In this document: one piece after another, positions 28,381 through 38,543 of the stretch
Layout of the letters: every line of letters begins with the position of its first letter
Position numbering within the stretch: position 1 is the first letter of the stretch
Source of the DNA: Candidatus Gastranaerophilales bacterium
GTDB lineage: Bacteria; Cyanobacteriota; Vampirovibrionia; Gastranaerophilales; Gastranaerophilaceae
Direction of reading: 5' to 3'
DNA length: 64,000 bases
NCBI GenBank assembly: GCA_944325895.1
Contig: CALVCA010000001.1
Location: forward strand, 91,165 to 155,164
The notes under the pieces: generated by a model
Told to the model about the DNA's origin: nothing
Databases searched by the model: none
The model's input: only the letters and a program-made list of their open reading frames with translations
Translations under genes and position numbers: made by a program

Positions 28381-29493
28381 ATGCAAAAATTATTACAAAA
28401 AAATGATTTAAAAACAATTAAAATGTCGGATATCAGCATAGCATATCCTGATTTAAAAAATTCAGGAGCAACAAAATCCGACATAATAGGCAACTGGCTG
28501 ATAGATTGGATAAAACAAGGTCTTAATTCCAAAAAGCTGGTGCCGAATACCCTGCTGCCATCAAAAGCCGAATTTGCATATGCATTCGGAGTAAGTGTCG
28601 GAACAATACAGAATGCTTTAAGGTACATTGAAGATAGGGGTTATGTTGAATCAAAGCAACGTATCGGAACAATCATTAAAGATAAAAACTCTCAAGTATT
28701 CAAAAAATTAACTTCAAAACGAGAAATAGCCATTGAAAAAATAAAAAAATATATCATATCAAACAACCTTAAACCAAATGATTCATTACCGTCATCACGG
28801 GTATTAGCTGAAATAACGAATTGTTCGGCTAATACGACAAGACTTGCTTTAGAATATCTTTGTAAAGAAAAATATCTTAAACACAAAAAAACAAATGAAA
28901 CAGGCTGGTTTATACAAAGCACTGATTTTAGCATAGATGAAGAAAGCAAAAACGAAACACTTGTAAAAAAGACAGAAAATGATTTAAAAGAATATATAAC
29001 GCAAAATTTAAAAATAGGCGACAGAATGCCGTCACACGAAGAATTGACCAAGAAAATGCAAGTAAGTATAAAAACAGTACACGATGCGTTGCAGAATTTG
29101 GTCAACGAAGGTATACTTCTAACACGCAGAGGGCGATACGGAACATCCGTCATCAAAATGCCGGATCAATCAGCCGATGAAACATCAATTTTTGCACCTG
29201 CACAAGACGCTGCATTCTATTACTATGAAAAAACACAAAACACCATTAGAAAAATGATTTCTGAAAACTATGAAATAGGATCTAAACTTCCGTCAATCAG
29301 TGAACTTTCAACAAAGCTGGATTTAAGCCACAACACAATAAGAAAAGCACTGCAAAATTTGGCCAAAGAAGGTTATTTAGCATTTTCAAGAGGTCGTTAC
29401 GGCGGAACATTTGTAATAGATATTCCGGAAGAACAAAGCTTCAAATGGATAGCAGTCAATCCGAAATATGCCCAGTTATACAAAACCCCTTAA
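28381..29493 (+). CDS. Protein composed of four tandem GntR-type winged helix-turn-helix domains (370 aa)
   Basis: Four copies of the GntR HTH pattern: LPSKAEFAYAFGVSVGTIQNALRYIEDRGYVESKQRIGTII; LPSSRVLAEITNCSANTTRLALEYLCKEKYLKHKK; MPSHEELTKKMQVSIKTVHDALQNLVNEGILLTRRGRYGTSV; LPSISELSTKLDLSHNTIRKALQNLAKEGYLAFSRGRYGGTFV. The start codon is uncertain because no clear SD is present. Confidence 0.75.
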   Translation: MQKLLQKNDLKTIKMSDISIAYPDLKNSGATKSDIIGNWLIDWIKQGLNSKKLVPNTLLPSKAEFAYAFGVSVGTIQNALRYIEDRGYVESKQRIGTIIKDKNSQVFKKLTSKREIAIEKIKKYIISNNLKPNDSLPSSRVLAEITNCSANTTRLALEYLCKEKYLKHKKTNETGWFIQSTDFSIDEESKNETLVKKTENDLKEYITQNLKIGDRMPSHEELTKKMQVSIKTVHDALQNLVNEGILLTRRGRYGTSVIKMPDQSADETSIFAPAQDAAFYYYEKTQNTIRKMISENYEIGSKLPSISELSTKLDLSHNTIRKALQNLAKEGYLAFSRGRYGGTFVIDIPEEQSFKWIAVNPKYAQLYKTP

Positions 29494-30086
29494 ATTTCAT
29501 GCCTGCCTTCAATAGCACGTGCAAGAGTAATTTCATCGGCATATTCCAAATCAGCACCGACCGGTAATCCGAAGGCAATTCTTGAAACCTTTATTCCAAA
29601 AGGTTTTATAAGCTTTGTCAAATAAAGACTTGTAGCTTCACCTTCTACAGAAGGCGGCAGAGCTAAAATAATTTCTTGAACATCATTATTAGTCAACCGA
29701 TTAAGGAGTTCTCTAATCCTGATATCATCAGCACCAATACCATCCATAGGAGAAATAAGCCCCTGCAAAACATGATATAACCCCTTATACTCATTAGTTT
29801 TTTCAATAGCAATTAAATCTTTAGTTTCTGCCGTAACACAAATTACAGACCTGTCACGAGAAGAAGACTTACATATATCGCAAGGACTGTCCGATGAAAT
29901 ATTGAAACAAATTTCGCAAGTTTTGGTATTTTCTTTAGCGTCAATCATAACCTGAGCAAATTTTTTCACTTCACTGACTGGCATTCTCAAAAGATATAAA
30001 GCCATGCGTTGTGCAGATTTCGGACCGATAGACGGAAATTTTTGAAAATACTCAATTAAAGCGGCAACGGATTTTGGATAAATCAT
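29490..30086 (-). CDS. recR: Recombination protein RecR
   Basis: HhH N-terminus (FPSIGPKSAQRMA), C4 zinc finger CEICFNIS...CDIC, and a Toprim domain. Confidence 0.93.
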   Translation of the reverse strand: MIYPKSVAALIEYFQKFPSIGPKSAQRMALYLLRMPVSEVKKFAQVMIDAKENTKTCEICFNISSDSPCDICKSSSRDRSVICVTAETKDLIAIEKTNEYKGLYHVLQGLISPMDGIGADDIRIRELLNRLTNNDVQEIILALPPSVEGEATSLYLTKLIKPFGIKVSRIAFGLPVGADLEYADEITLARAIEGRHEI

Positions 30087-30421
30087 TATTGAAAAAGTCC
30101 CGGTATACTTATTCCGCCTGTAACACTTTTCATTTTAGCTTCCATCACATCGGTAGCTTTCATGCTTGCATCCAATATAGCAGTTGTTACGATATCTTCA
30201 ACCATTTCAACAACTTCAGGATCAACAGTTTCCGGAGCTTCAGGATTTAAAGCTTCTGCCGTAAGCTTAATTGATTTAAATTTTCCCTGACCGTCACAGG
30301 TAACTTTTACTGCACCGCCGGCAGCTTCTCCTACAACATTAGTTTTAGCAAGTTCATCTTGAGCTTCTTTTAATTTTTTTTGCAGATTTTGTGCTTGTTT
30401 CATCATTTGCATAATATTCAT
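30086..30421 (-). CDS. ybaB: Nucleoid-associated protein YbaB/EbfC family
   Basis: MMKQAQNLQKKLKEAQDEL start, ~110 aa, immediately upstream of recR as is usual. Confidence 0.9.
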   Translation of the reverse strand: MNIMQMMKQAQNLQKKLKEAQDELAKTNVVGEAAGGAVKVTCDGQGKFKSIKLTAEALNPEAPETVDPEVVEMVEDIVTTAILDASMKATDVMEAKMKSVTGGISIPGLFQ

Positions 30422-30465
30422 AAATATAATCTCCCTTTATACAATTTTTATTATACAATAAAAAT

Positions 30466-31239
30466 ATGCAGAAGAAAACTTATGTGCAAGAGTCATTAAG
30501 AAACGGCAAAATAATGCGTTGGACGTGCAAAATGCCTTTAAAAGTGTATATAGCACCTATGAACTTTTATTCAAAACAGGGACAGGATGCAAGATACCGA
30601 GCCATGGTAAAAAAAGCACTGGAGGCATGGCAAAGTGCAACAAAAGGAAAAGTATCATTCACTGTTGTAAACACTCTTTTGGAATCTCAAATCAATGTAG
30701 ATTGGAAACGTGTGGAAAGAAAAGCTTTAGGGCACTGTTATTTTGATTATGACGCATCAAATCGATTATACAGTGCTGAAGTAAGCATAGGGTTAACAGA
30801 CGGATTAATCCACCGTGACTATATGGATGACGGAGAAGTATATCATACAATATTGCATGAAATAGGGCATTCGGTAGGTTTGGGGCACAGCCCTTTTATG
30901 CAGGATATAATGTACACCCCGCATCAAAAAGGTATTTTAAGTGTTTCGCAATGTGATGTTTTAACTTTGTCCTGGCTTTATACATTCCCCCAAGGGGCGA
31001 CTGTTGCGGATATTGCTGCAAAATATTCGGTTTCAGGATGTGATATTGATGAACTTATAGTAAAAATAATGGACAAAAAATCCGGCAAAACAGTTCCGCA
31101 AATTTCGCAGCCCAAAAAGCGTCGGGATTTATTGGATGAACAGGAATCTATTGCAAATTTAAGAAAATACCATCTGGCAATACAAAATGTCAAAATTTCG
31201 GAAGAAATGAAGAGATTTTTTATGAAGCCGGATAAATAA
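30466..31239 (+). CDS. Matrixin-family (M10) zinc metalloprotease-like protein
   Basis: HTILHEIGHSVGLGH (HExxHxxGxxH) followed by a Met-turn candidate DIMY. No obvious signal peptide. The start codon is uncertain. Confidence 0.75.
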   Translation: MQKKTYVQESLRNGKIMRWTCKMPLKVYIAPMNFYSKQGQDARYRAMVKKALEAWQSATKGKVSFTVVNTLLESQINVDWKRVERKALGHCYFDYDASNRLYSAEVSIGLTDGLIHRDYMDDGEVYHTILHEIGHSVGLGHSPFMQDIMYTPHQKGILSVSQCDVLTLSWLYTFPQGATVADIAAKYSVSGCDIDELIVKIMDKKSGKTVPQISQPKKRRDLLDEQESIANLRKYHLAIQNVKISEEMKRFFMKPDK

Positions 31240-31244
31240 ATTTC

Positions 31245-33851
31245 TTATTTAACAAATTTTATTTCATCATTATCAACGTCAATAATTATCTTATCACCAC
31301 GTTTGAACTTTTGCTCAAGAATTAATTTAGACAAAGGATTTTCAACCAGCTGTCTTATAACTCTTTTCAACGGTCTTGCACCGTAAACCGGATTAAAACC
31401 GCGGGTTGCCAAAAACTCTTTGGCTTCTTCCGTGATATCAAGTTCAATTTCCTGATCGGCAAGAAGTTTTCTTAAATAATCAGTTTGAATATCAACAATT
31501 GAACTTAATTGCTGCAGAGTCAGAGCTTTAAAGAAAATTATTTCGTCAATTCTGTTCAAAAATTCAGGTTTAAATTTTGTTCTCAAAAGAGCCAAAACTT
31601 CTTCTTTGGTTTTATCAAAATCACTTTGATTAACCATTGAATCAAGCGTTTTTTCAAGAATAATATCACTTCCCAAATTGCTTGTCATAATAATTAAAGT
31701 GTTTTTAAAATCGACGACTCTGCCTTTGGAATCAGTCAAACGACCGTCATCAAAAATTTGGAGCATAATATTAAAGACATCCGGATGAGCCTTTTCAATT
31801 TCATCAAATAATACGACGGAATAAGGTTTTCTTCTGACAGCTTCAGTTAACTGACCGCCTTCTTCATATCCGACGTATCCCGGAGGAGCACCGACAAGTC
31901 TTGCCACATTATGTTTTTCCATATATTCAGACATATCAATTCTGATAAGAGCATCTTCATCATTAAACATGAATTCAGCCAAAGCTTTAGCAAGCTCAGT
32001 TTTACCAACGCCGGTAGGTCCTAAGAATAAAAAGGTACCGATAGGACGTTTTGGATCTTTTAAGCCTGATCTTGCACGACGGATTGCATCGGAAACTGTC
32101 ATTACAGCCTCATCCTGTCCTATTAAACGTTTATGCAAAATATCTTCCATATTAATTAACTTTTGCATTTCACTTTCAACAAGTTTTGTAACGGGAATAC
32201 CTGTCCATTTGCTGACAACTTCTGCAATATCGCCTTCATCAATTTGCTCTTTTAACAACTGATTATCTTTTTTATCACGATTTTCACAGGCTTTTAACTG
32301 TTTTTCCAAGTCCAGCAATCTGCCGTATTTAAGTTCTGCTGCAAGCTGCAAATCCGTATTACGTTCAGCTTCTTCTATTTGTTTTTTAACTTTATCTATT
32401 TCATCTTTAATTGCGGCTTCGCCGATTATTGAAGATTTTTCCTGTTCCCACTGAACTTTCATTTTATTAATTTTTTCTTCAAGTTCGGTAATTTGTTTTG
32501 TCAAATCATCAACTTTAGCTTTTGCCTCATCACTGTCTTCTTTTTTTAAGGCTTCACGTTCAATCTCAAATTGAATTTTCTGCCGCATCATGGTATCTAT
32601 TTCTTCCGGCATGGAATCAATTTCAATACGCAAAGAAGACGCTGCCTCATCAATCAAATCAATAGCTTTATCCGGTAAAAATCTGTCTGTAATGTATCTG
32701 TCAGAAAGTTTTGCAGCTGCTATCAGTGCACTGTCTAAAATTCTGACACCGTGGTGAACCTCATATTTTTCTTTTAAACCTCTTAAAATACTTATAGTAT
32801 CTTCAACACTCGGTTCATCAACCATAACAGGCTGGAAACGACGTTCCAAAGCCGGATCTTTTTCAATATATTTTCTGTATTCATTAATAGTTGTAGCACC
32901 AATAGTTCTCAAGACACCTCTTGCAAGCATTGGCTTTAAAAGGTTACCCGCATCCATAGAACCTTCTGTTGCACCTGCACCGACAACAGTATGAAGTTCA
33001 TCAATAAACATTACTATTTCACCGTTTGATTCTTCAACTTCTTTCAAAACAGCTTTCAAACGTTCTTCAAATTCGCCTCTGTATTTTGCACCGGCAACAA
33101 GAGCACCCATATCCAGCGATATTAATTTTACATCTTTCAAACTTTCAGGAACATCGCCACGGACAATACGCTGAGCCAAACCTTCAACAATCGCCGTTTT
33201 ACCGACACCAGGTTCCCCTATCAATACAGGATTATTTTTTGTACGTCTGTTCAATACCTGTATAATTCGTCTGACTTCTTCGTCACGACCGATTACGGGG
33301 TCTAGCTTTCCTTTCCTGGCAAGGGCCGTTAAATCTGTTGAATATTTTTCCAAAGCTTTCATATTTTCTTCTGCATTCTTATTATCCACTTTTTTATTAC
33401 CTCTTATTTTTTTCATTGCATTCAATACAGTATTCGGAGTTACTCTAAAATCATTCAATATCTTTTGAATATTAGAATTATCAAGCCTTGTCATGGCAAG
33501 AAGAATATCTTCAACACTTATAAATTCATCCTTCAATTCATCAGCAATATCGCCTGATAAATCAAGCAGTCTGTTTGTTTCCTGCGACAAAAATAACTGC
33601 TGCGAATTTTGCAGTCCTGAAATTGTCGGAAAAGATTTTATTGTTGAAACAATTCTGTCAATAAAAGATTGAGTCAAAAGTCTTAATTCACCGAGATAAT
33701 CCTTGATTATTCCGTTATCTTTTATCATTGCCAGCATAATATGTTCAGGCTGCATTTCCGTATTTTTATTGGAATTTACAAGAGCATTAGCACTAGACAA
33801 AAGCTCCTGCGAATAATTTGTAAAACGATTGATGTCTACCATTAAAATCAA
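31245..33851 (-). CDS. clpB: ATP-dependent chaperone ClpB
   Basis: Two AAA+ modules ([15 protein letters not shown]; [15 protein letters not shown]), a long coiled-coil middle domain and a Clp N domain. Confidence 0.95.
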   Translation of the reverse strand: MILMVDINRFTNYSQELLSSANALVNSNKNTEMQPEHIMLAMIKDNGIIKDYLGELRLLTQSFIDRIVSTIKSFPTISGLQNSQQLFLSQETNRLLDLSGDIADELKDEFISVEDILLAMTRLDNSNIQKILNDFRVTPNTVLNAMKKIRGNKKVDNKNAEENMKALEKYSTDLTALARKGKLDPVIGRDEEVRRIIQVLNRRTKNNPVLIGEPGVGKTAIVEGLAQRIVRGDVPESLKDVKLISLDMGALVAGAKYRGEFEERLKAVLKEVEESNGEIVMFIDELHTVVGAGATEGSMDAGNLLKPMLARGVLRTIGATTINEYRKYIEKDPALERRFQPVMVDEPSVEDTISILRGLKEKYEVHHGVRILDSALIAAAKLSDRYITDRFLPDKAIDLIDEAASSLRIEIDSMPEEIDTMMRQKIQFEIEREALKKEDSDEAKAKVDDLTKQITELEEKINKMKVQWEQEKSSIIGEAAIKDEIDKVKKQIEEAERNTDLQLAAELKYGRLLDLEKQLKACENRDKKDNQLLKEQIDEGDIAEVVSKWTGIPVTKLVESEMQKLINMEDILHKRLIGQDEAVMTVSDAIRRARSGLKDPKRPIGTFLFLGPTGVGKTELAKALAEFMFNDEDALIRIDMSEYMEKHNVARLVGAPPGYVGYEEGGQLTEAVRRKPYSVVLFDEIEKAHPDVFNIMLQIFDDGRLTDSKGRVVDFKNTLIIMTSNLGSDIILEKTLDSMVNQSDFDKTKEEVLALLRTKFKPEFLNRIDEIIFFKALTLQQLSSIVDIQTDYLRKLLADQEIELDITEEAKEFLATRGFNPVYGARPLKRVIRQLVENPLSKLILEQKFKRGDKIIIDVDNDEIKFVK

Positions 33852-33953
33852 CTCCTTTTAATTTTATTTTAACAATATTTTTTTAAAAAGAAAATATTTT
33901 TAATGATTAATTAACAATTACGCTAATAATAATCGCAAATCATACAACGGTTT

Positions 33954-36900
33954 TTAATCCACCGAGAAAATTTCTTTCAAATCGTCCATGGTAAGCGATT
34001 TTGTAATATTTCTGTCGACTGATATGACACTGTCTACAAGGTTGCGTTTAACGGTTTTGAGCTTTTGAATTTTTTCTTCAACAGTATTTTTTGTAATAAG
34101 TCTGTATACAAAAACTTTTTTAGTCTGCCCGATACGATAAGCACGGTCTGTTGCCTGATCTTCAACAGCCGGATTCCACCACGGGTCATAATGAATAACA
34201 TAATCAGCACCGGTTAAATTCAAGCCCGTACCGCCTGCTTTTAAACTTATTAAGAAAATCGGAATTGAAGGTGTAGAATTAAACCTTTCAACAGCAGCCT
34301 GACGGTCTTTTGTCTTACCTGTTAAATATTCATAATTAATTCCTTCACGTTCAAGCCATGCTTTTACTATATCGAGCATGTCGACAAACTGGCTGAATAA
34401 AAGCACCCTGTGACCTTCGGAAATAATTTCTTCAAGCATGGATTTAAGTTTTTCAAATTTACCGGAAGACAATATGTTTTTAACGTTTTCCTTGTCATAA
34501 AGCCGTGGATGGCAGCAGATTTGACGCAATCTGAGAAGTGCCGAGAAAATAGACAATCTGCTTTTTTCCAAACCGTTTTGCTCAATACTTTTGAACAATT
34601 CTTCTTTTGTGCTGTCCAATACCTGAAGATAAAAATCACGCTGCTCATCGGTAAGTTCGCAATATGCGATATTTTCAACCTTATCCGGTAAATCTTTTGC
34701 CACATCACGCTTCATACGTCGTAATATAAACGGATATATCTGTAATTTCAAACGTTTTTCAACGGTTTTATCCTGACGTTCCATAATAGGATTAACGTAT
34801 CTATAGTTAAAATCCGCAACACTAAACAAAAATCCCGGCATCAAAAAGTCGAAAACAGACCACAATTCTTCAAGCTTGTTTTCAATCGGGGTACCGGAAA
34901 GTGCAAGTTTGTGCTGTGCCTGCAGCTTTTTGACAGCTTGAGCGGTCTGCGACATTGCATTTTTAATATTTTGAGATTCATCCAAAATAATATATCTGAA
35001 ATTAATATTTTTTAATTTTTCAATATCACGTCTGATAAGAGCATAACTTGTAATTACAACATCGTAATCCGGAATTTTTTTAAACATCTGTTTACGCTCA
35101 ACGCCTGCAAGTTTTAAGCAGCTCAATGACGGGGCAAATTTTTGGATTTCGGATTCCCAGTTAAATACAACAGTCGTCGGGCATATAACCAAAACAGGCA
35201 TAGGTCCGTCTTCTTCTTTGGCTTTTTGAACGGCAGTCAAAGCCTGAAGCGTTTTACCAAGCCCCATATCATCCGCCAAAATCCCGTTAAGACCATATTT
35301 ATACATAAACCAAAGCCAGCCAAAACCCTTAGTTTGATATTCACGAAAATCTGCATTAATACCTTTTGGAAGCGTTAAATCTTCAGAAGTTGAAAACGTT
35401 GACATTTGCTGCCAAAATTTTTCAAAATCTTCACTCAAAATCAACTCAACACCCAAATTTTTCAGCTCATTTATCAAGCCTGCACGGTAAGTTTTTACCG
35501 TAAATCTGTTATCGGGAGTCCTGTAAACGTCAAATGAATTAAATGCACGCATCATAGCATAAATGTTTTGTGCCGGATATTCAACAAAACCCAAACTTCT
35601 TATTCTTGCATACTTTTCACCGCTTTGGATTGTTTCATATATATCGTCAAAGTTAATAATTTCATCACCGACTTTACCGAAAATATGCACTTCAAAGCTG
35701 TCTTGAACTTCCTCACTGAATTTAATTTCAGCACAAAGCCTGAACGGATCGTCCAAAATTTTAAAGAAATTCATATCATCTTTTTCAACAAATTTCCAGC
35801 CGTCGCCTGCCTGCTTGATGTAATAATTATAAAAATCAATAGCGTTTTCTTTTTCTAAAGCCAAATTATTTGTCTGCATAGGAACAAATTTACATGCCAA
35901 TAGCATATTATATGCTTCCACTTCATGTTTATAATTGCGTTTAACCCAGTAAATCAAATCCTCATCAGGCTTTTTGACTGTAATATACGGAGATTTTTCA
36001 TTAGCGGATTTTGAAAACGGAACTCTTACTCCGTCATATTCAAATTCCAATGATGCTTTAAGTGATTGGTCATAATCAATACCGAGAGTCACAATATTCA
36101 AAGGCGGACGTTCTTCCAGCATTAATTTTGAAATATTATCCGCAATCTTAACCTCCATAACTTCTCTGAGCTTAGGCAATTCTTCATAAATAAACTTTCC
36201 GCCGTCAGAATCTTTTAAATCTGTAAACGAAGATTTCAAAAGATTTTGCGGTATAGATTGCATAGCAATATTCGTCGGGAAAATAATATTTTTATACCTG
36301 CCCCACTTCAAATGACGAGAAAAGTATCTGACTTCTTCAAATGGATACACATCATCCTTATCAGGTCTTTGCCATTCCAAAGAAAGCATTATTGTACCTG
36401 CTTGAGAACTGTTTACGTACAAAACCAGCTGCCATTCTTTATCCGTAAATTTCAAGCGTTGTTTTGTTTTTTCGTCCAAAACTTCATCAGCCATAGCTAA
36501 AAGCGTAAACATCGGTCCGAATTTTGTAATAGGAATATCATACCAACCGGCTTTTTTGTCCTGACGAGAGATTTTCAAAAGTTCTTTCAAGATATTAATT
36601 TCTACCTTTTGAGTATTATTAAGCTCAAAATTTTTATCCTGCTTTTGAGCTTCAATAAGATTACGCAATATAGGCTCTATTTGTCTGACGACCTTGCCGG
36701 TTTCCCTGGACATTACGAGTATAGAAAAAAAGTTTGCTTTTCTTTTGGGATTAAAGTGAAAAATATAGTTCCCTTTCGGCTCATCAGTTAAAGCAGTATT
36801 TTCATCAGGGAATTCAGTTTCAATACCGAATTTTGTTTCAAGCCAATCTTCATAAGCGTGTTCATCAATCGCTTTTAAGCCGACAGCAACAGCGTGTTTG

Positions 36901-37124
36901 CACCATTCTTCTTTTAAAGGGCAGCTGCAACGGGCAGTTACACCGTTTTTTTTAAAAATCAAATCGGTGTTGTAATGATCCTGAAAGTTACCCTTAACTT
37001 TTCCCATGTAAAAGTTCTTTTCAGGGTATGTATCAAACACCATATCTTTCAGGTGATATTCATAGCCTCTACGCCAGCTTCCGGCACCGGCATGCTCTTT
37101 TATATACTTATAATTGAATTCCAT
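33954..37124 (-). CDS. SNF2-family helicase/translocase with an N-terminal SWIM zinc finger
   Basis: SWIM CSCPLKEEWCKHAVAV. SNF2_N motifs DDMGLGKT and ILDESQNIKN. Helicase-C motifs GGTGLNLTGADYVIHYDPWWNPAVEDQATDRAYRIGQ. Confidence 0.9.
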   Translation of the reverse strand: MEFNYKYIKEHAGAGSWRRGYEYHLKDMVFDTYPEKNFYMGKVKGNFQDHYNTDLIFKKNGVTARCSCPLKEEWCKHAVAVGLKAIDEHAYEDWLETKFGIETEFPDENTALTDEPKGNYIFHFNPKRKANFFSILVMSRETGKVVRQIEPILRNLIEAQKQDKNFELNNTQKVEINILKELLKISRQDKKAGWYDIPITKFGPMFTLLAMADEVLDEKTKQRLKFTDKEWQLVLYVNSSQAGTIMLSLEWQRPDKDDVYPFEEVRYFSRHLKWGRYKNIIFPTNIAMQSIPQNLLKSSFTDLKDSDGGKFIYEELPKLREVMEVKIADNISKLMLEERPPLNIVTLGIDYDQSLKASLEFEYDGVRVPFSKSANEKSPYITVKKPDEDLIYWVKRNYKHEVEAYNMLLACKFVPMQTNNLALEKENAIDFYNYYIKQAGDGWKFVEKDDMNFFKILDDPFRLCAEIKFSEEVQDSFEVHIFGKVGDEIINFDDIYETIQSGEKYARIRSLGFVEYPAQNIYAMMRAFNSFDVYRTPDNRFTVKTYRAGLINELKNLGVELILSEDFEKFWQQMSTFSTSEDLTLPKGINADFREYQTKGFGWLWFMYKYGLNGILADDMGLGKTLQALTAVQKAKEEDGPMPVLVICPTTVVFNWESEIQKFAPSLSCLKLAGVERKQMFKKIPDYDVVITSYALIRRDIEKLKNINFRYIILDESQNIKNAMSQTAQAVKKLQAQHKLALSGTPIENKLEELWSVFDFLMPGFLFSVADFNYRYVNPIMERQDKTVEKRLKLQIYPFILRRMKRDVAKDLPDKVENIAYCELTDEQRDFYLQVLDSTKEELFKSIEQNGLEKSRLSIFSALLRLRQICCHPRLYDKENVKNILSSGKFEKLKSMLEEIISEGHRVLLFSQFVDMLDIVKAWLEREGINYEYLTGKTKDRQAAVERFNSTPSIPIFLISLKAGGTGLNLTGADYVIHYDPWWNPAVEDQATDRAYRIGQTKKVFVYRLITKNTVEEKIQKLKTVKRNLVDSVISVDRNITKSLTMDDLKEIFSVD

Positions 37125-37197
37125 ATCGGGAGATTAATCCTTTAGCGGATATAGTTAATAAACCCTTAATAATATTAATTATACACAAAGATATATA

Positions 37198-37665
37198 TTA
37201 TGCAAGTATATGATTTAAAAGAAACGAATGAAACCAAAAAGCATAAAAAATACCAAAAGCAGCACCGGCAACCACCTCTAAAGGAGTGTGCCCCAAAAGC
37301 TCTTTTAATTTACCACCGACAGCTTGAAGGTCATGCTTATAAAAATCGTCCATCATACGGTTTAAGCAAGCAGCAGTTTTTCCTGCAGCACGACGCAGAC
37401 CTGCTGCATCATACATTACTATCAATGCATACCCGAATGCCACCGCAAAAATCAACGAACTAAACCCCGCAATAATTCCGACCGTTGTACTTAAACCCAT
37501 AACTCCGGCTGAATGAGAGCTTGGCATTCCGCCTGTTGTTGTAAAAATTTTAAAATTAATCTTTCTGTTTCTTAATGTAAATAAACAAAATTTTATAACC
37601 TGAGCAAAAAAAGCAGCCATTATGCCGCTCATCAATGCTTCATAGCCGGTGTTTAATATATTCAT
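37198..37665 (-). CDS. Divergent PAP2 family membrane protein (DUF212; acid phosphatase/vanadium-haloperoxidase-related)
   Basis: Multi-TM protein with a GGMPSSHSA motif. 4-nt overlap with the upstream prenyl synthase gene. Confidence 0.78.
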   Translation of the reverse strand: MNILNTGYEALMSGIMAAFFAQVIKFCLFTLRNRKINFKIFTTTGGMPSSHSAGVMGLSTTVGIIAGFSSLIFAVAFGYALIVMYDAAGLRRAAGKTAACLNRMMDDFYKHDLQAVGGKLKELLGHTPLEVVAGAAFGIFYAFWFHSFLLNHILA

Positions 37666-38543
37666 AACAGTCCTGTCCTCTTTTTTATACCGTTTATAAT
37701 CTCCGCAAAAACTTGCGACTCTTGAATTTTATCATAACATTCATCCAAAAGGCAAGCAAGTTTACATTTTGCACTGTCCATACCGTATAAACTCACATAT
37801 GTAAGCTTTTCAGAAGTTTTATCTTTACCTGTTGTTTTCCCGAGTTCTTCAAATGTCGAAATTTCATCCAATATATCATCGGCAATCTGAAATGCAAGAC
37901 CGAACTGCTGTGCAAATTGTGTCATCTTGTCCAAATCGTTATCGTCAGCTCCTGCTATAATTGCCCCGGTACGCACCGACAATTTAAACAAATCAGAAGT
38001 TTTATGAGTATGTATAAAATCCAAAACCGAATTATCCCGGATATTTTTATGTTCACTTTCAATATCCACAACCTGACCTGCTATAACACCATAAGCACCT
38101 GCAAAATTAAAATACTCGCTCAAAACTCTTAAAATTGTTGACGAATCAAGATTTGTCGAATATTTTACTATAATCTGCGGAGCAAAAGTCAAAAGTGCAT
38201 CACCCGCCAAAACCGCAACAGCTTCGCCAAATACTTTGTGATTTGAAGGTTTTCCCCGTCTGAAATCGTCATTATCCATGCACGGCAAATCGTCATGGAT
38301 TAAAGTTTGTGCGTGAAGCATTTCTATTGCACAGGCTGTCGGCATAGCATCTTCAATATCACCTTTAAGCATACGGCACGTTTCCAAGCACATAACAGGT
38401 CTTAGCCGTTTTCCGGGCAGCAATACCGTGTATCTCATAGACTTGAATAAATCCTCAGGATACACAATCTCCATGTACTTTTCCAAATTTTTGTTTACTA
38501 AATCAATATAGTTATTCATCATTTTCAATTTCCTTATATACAA
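37662..38543 (-). CDS. Polyprenyl (farnesyl/geranylgeranyl) diphosphate synthase
   Basis: First Asp-rich motif LIHDDLPCMDNDDFRRGKP and second Asp-rich motif FQIADDILD. The real start is probably MMNNY/MNNY at 38522/38519. Confidence 0.88.
   Translation of the reverse strand: MYIRKLKMMNNYIDLVNKNLEKYMEIVYPEDLFKSMRYTVLLPGKRLRPVMCLETCRMLKGDIEDAMPTACAIEMLHAQTLIHDDLPCMDNDDFRRGKPSNHKVFGEAVAVLAGDALLTFAPQIIVKYSTNLDSSTILRVLSEYFNFAGAYGVIAGQVVDIESEHKNIRDNSVLDFIHTHKTSDLFKLSVRTGAIIAGADDNDLDKMTQFAQQFGLAFQIADDILDEISTFEELGKTTGKDKTSEKLTYVSLYGMDSAKCKLACLLDECYDKIQESQVFAEIINGIKKRTGLL

Noticed and set aside
23469-37124. A defence island, suggested by a helicase-nuclease pair, wHTH regulators and a SWIM-SNF2 helicase within 14 kb.
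   Set aside because: These genes are interleaved with core genes (recR, ybaB, clpB). No methyltransferases, toxins, mobile-element genes or repeats are present. The helicase-nuclease pair is better explained as an AddAB-type repair enzyme.
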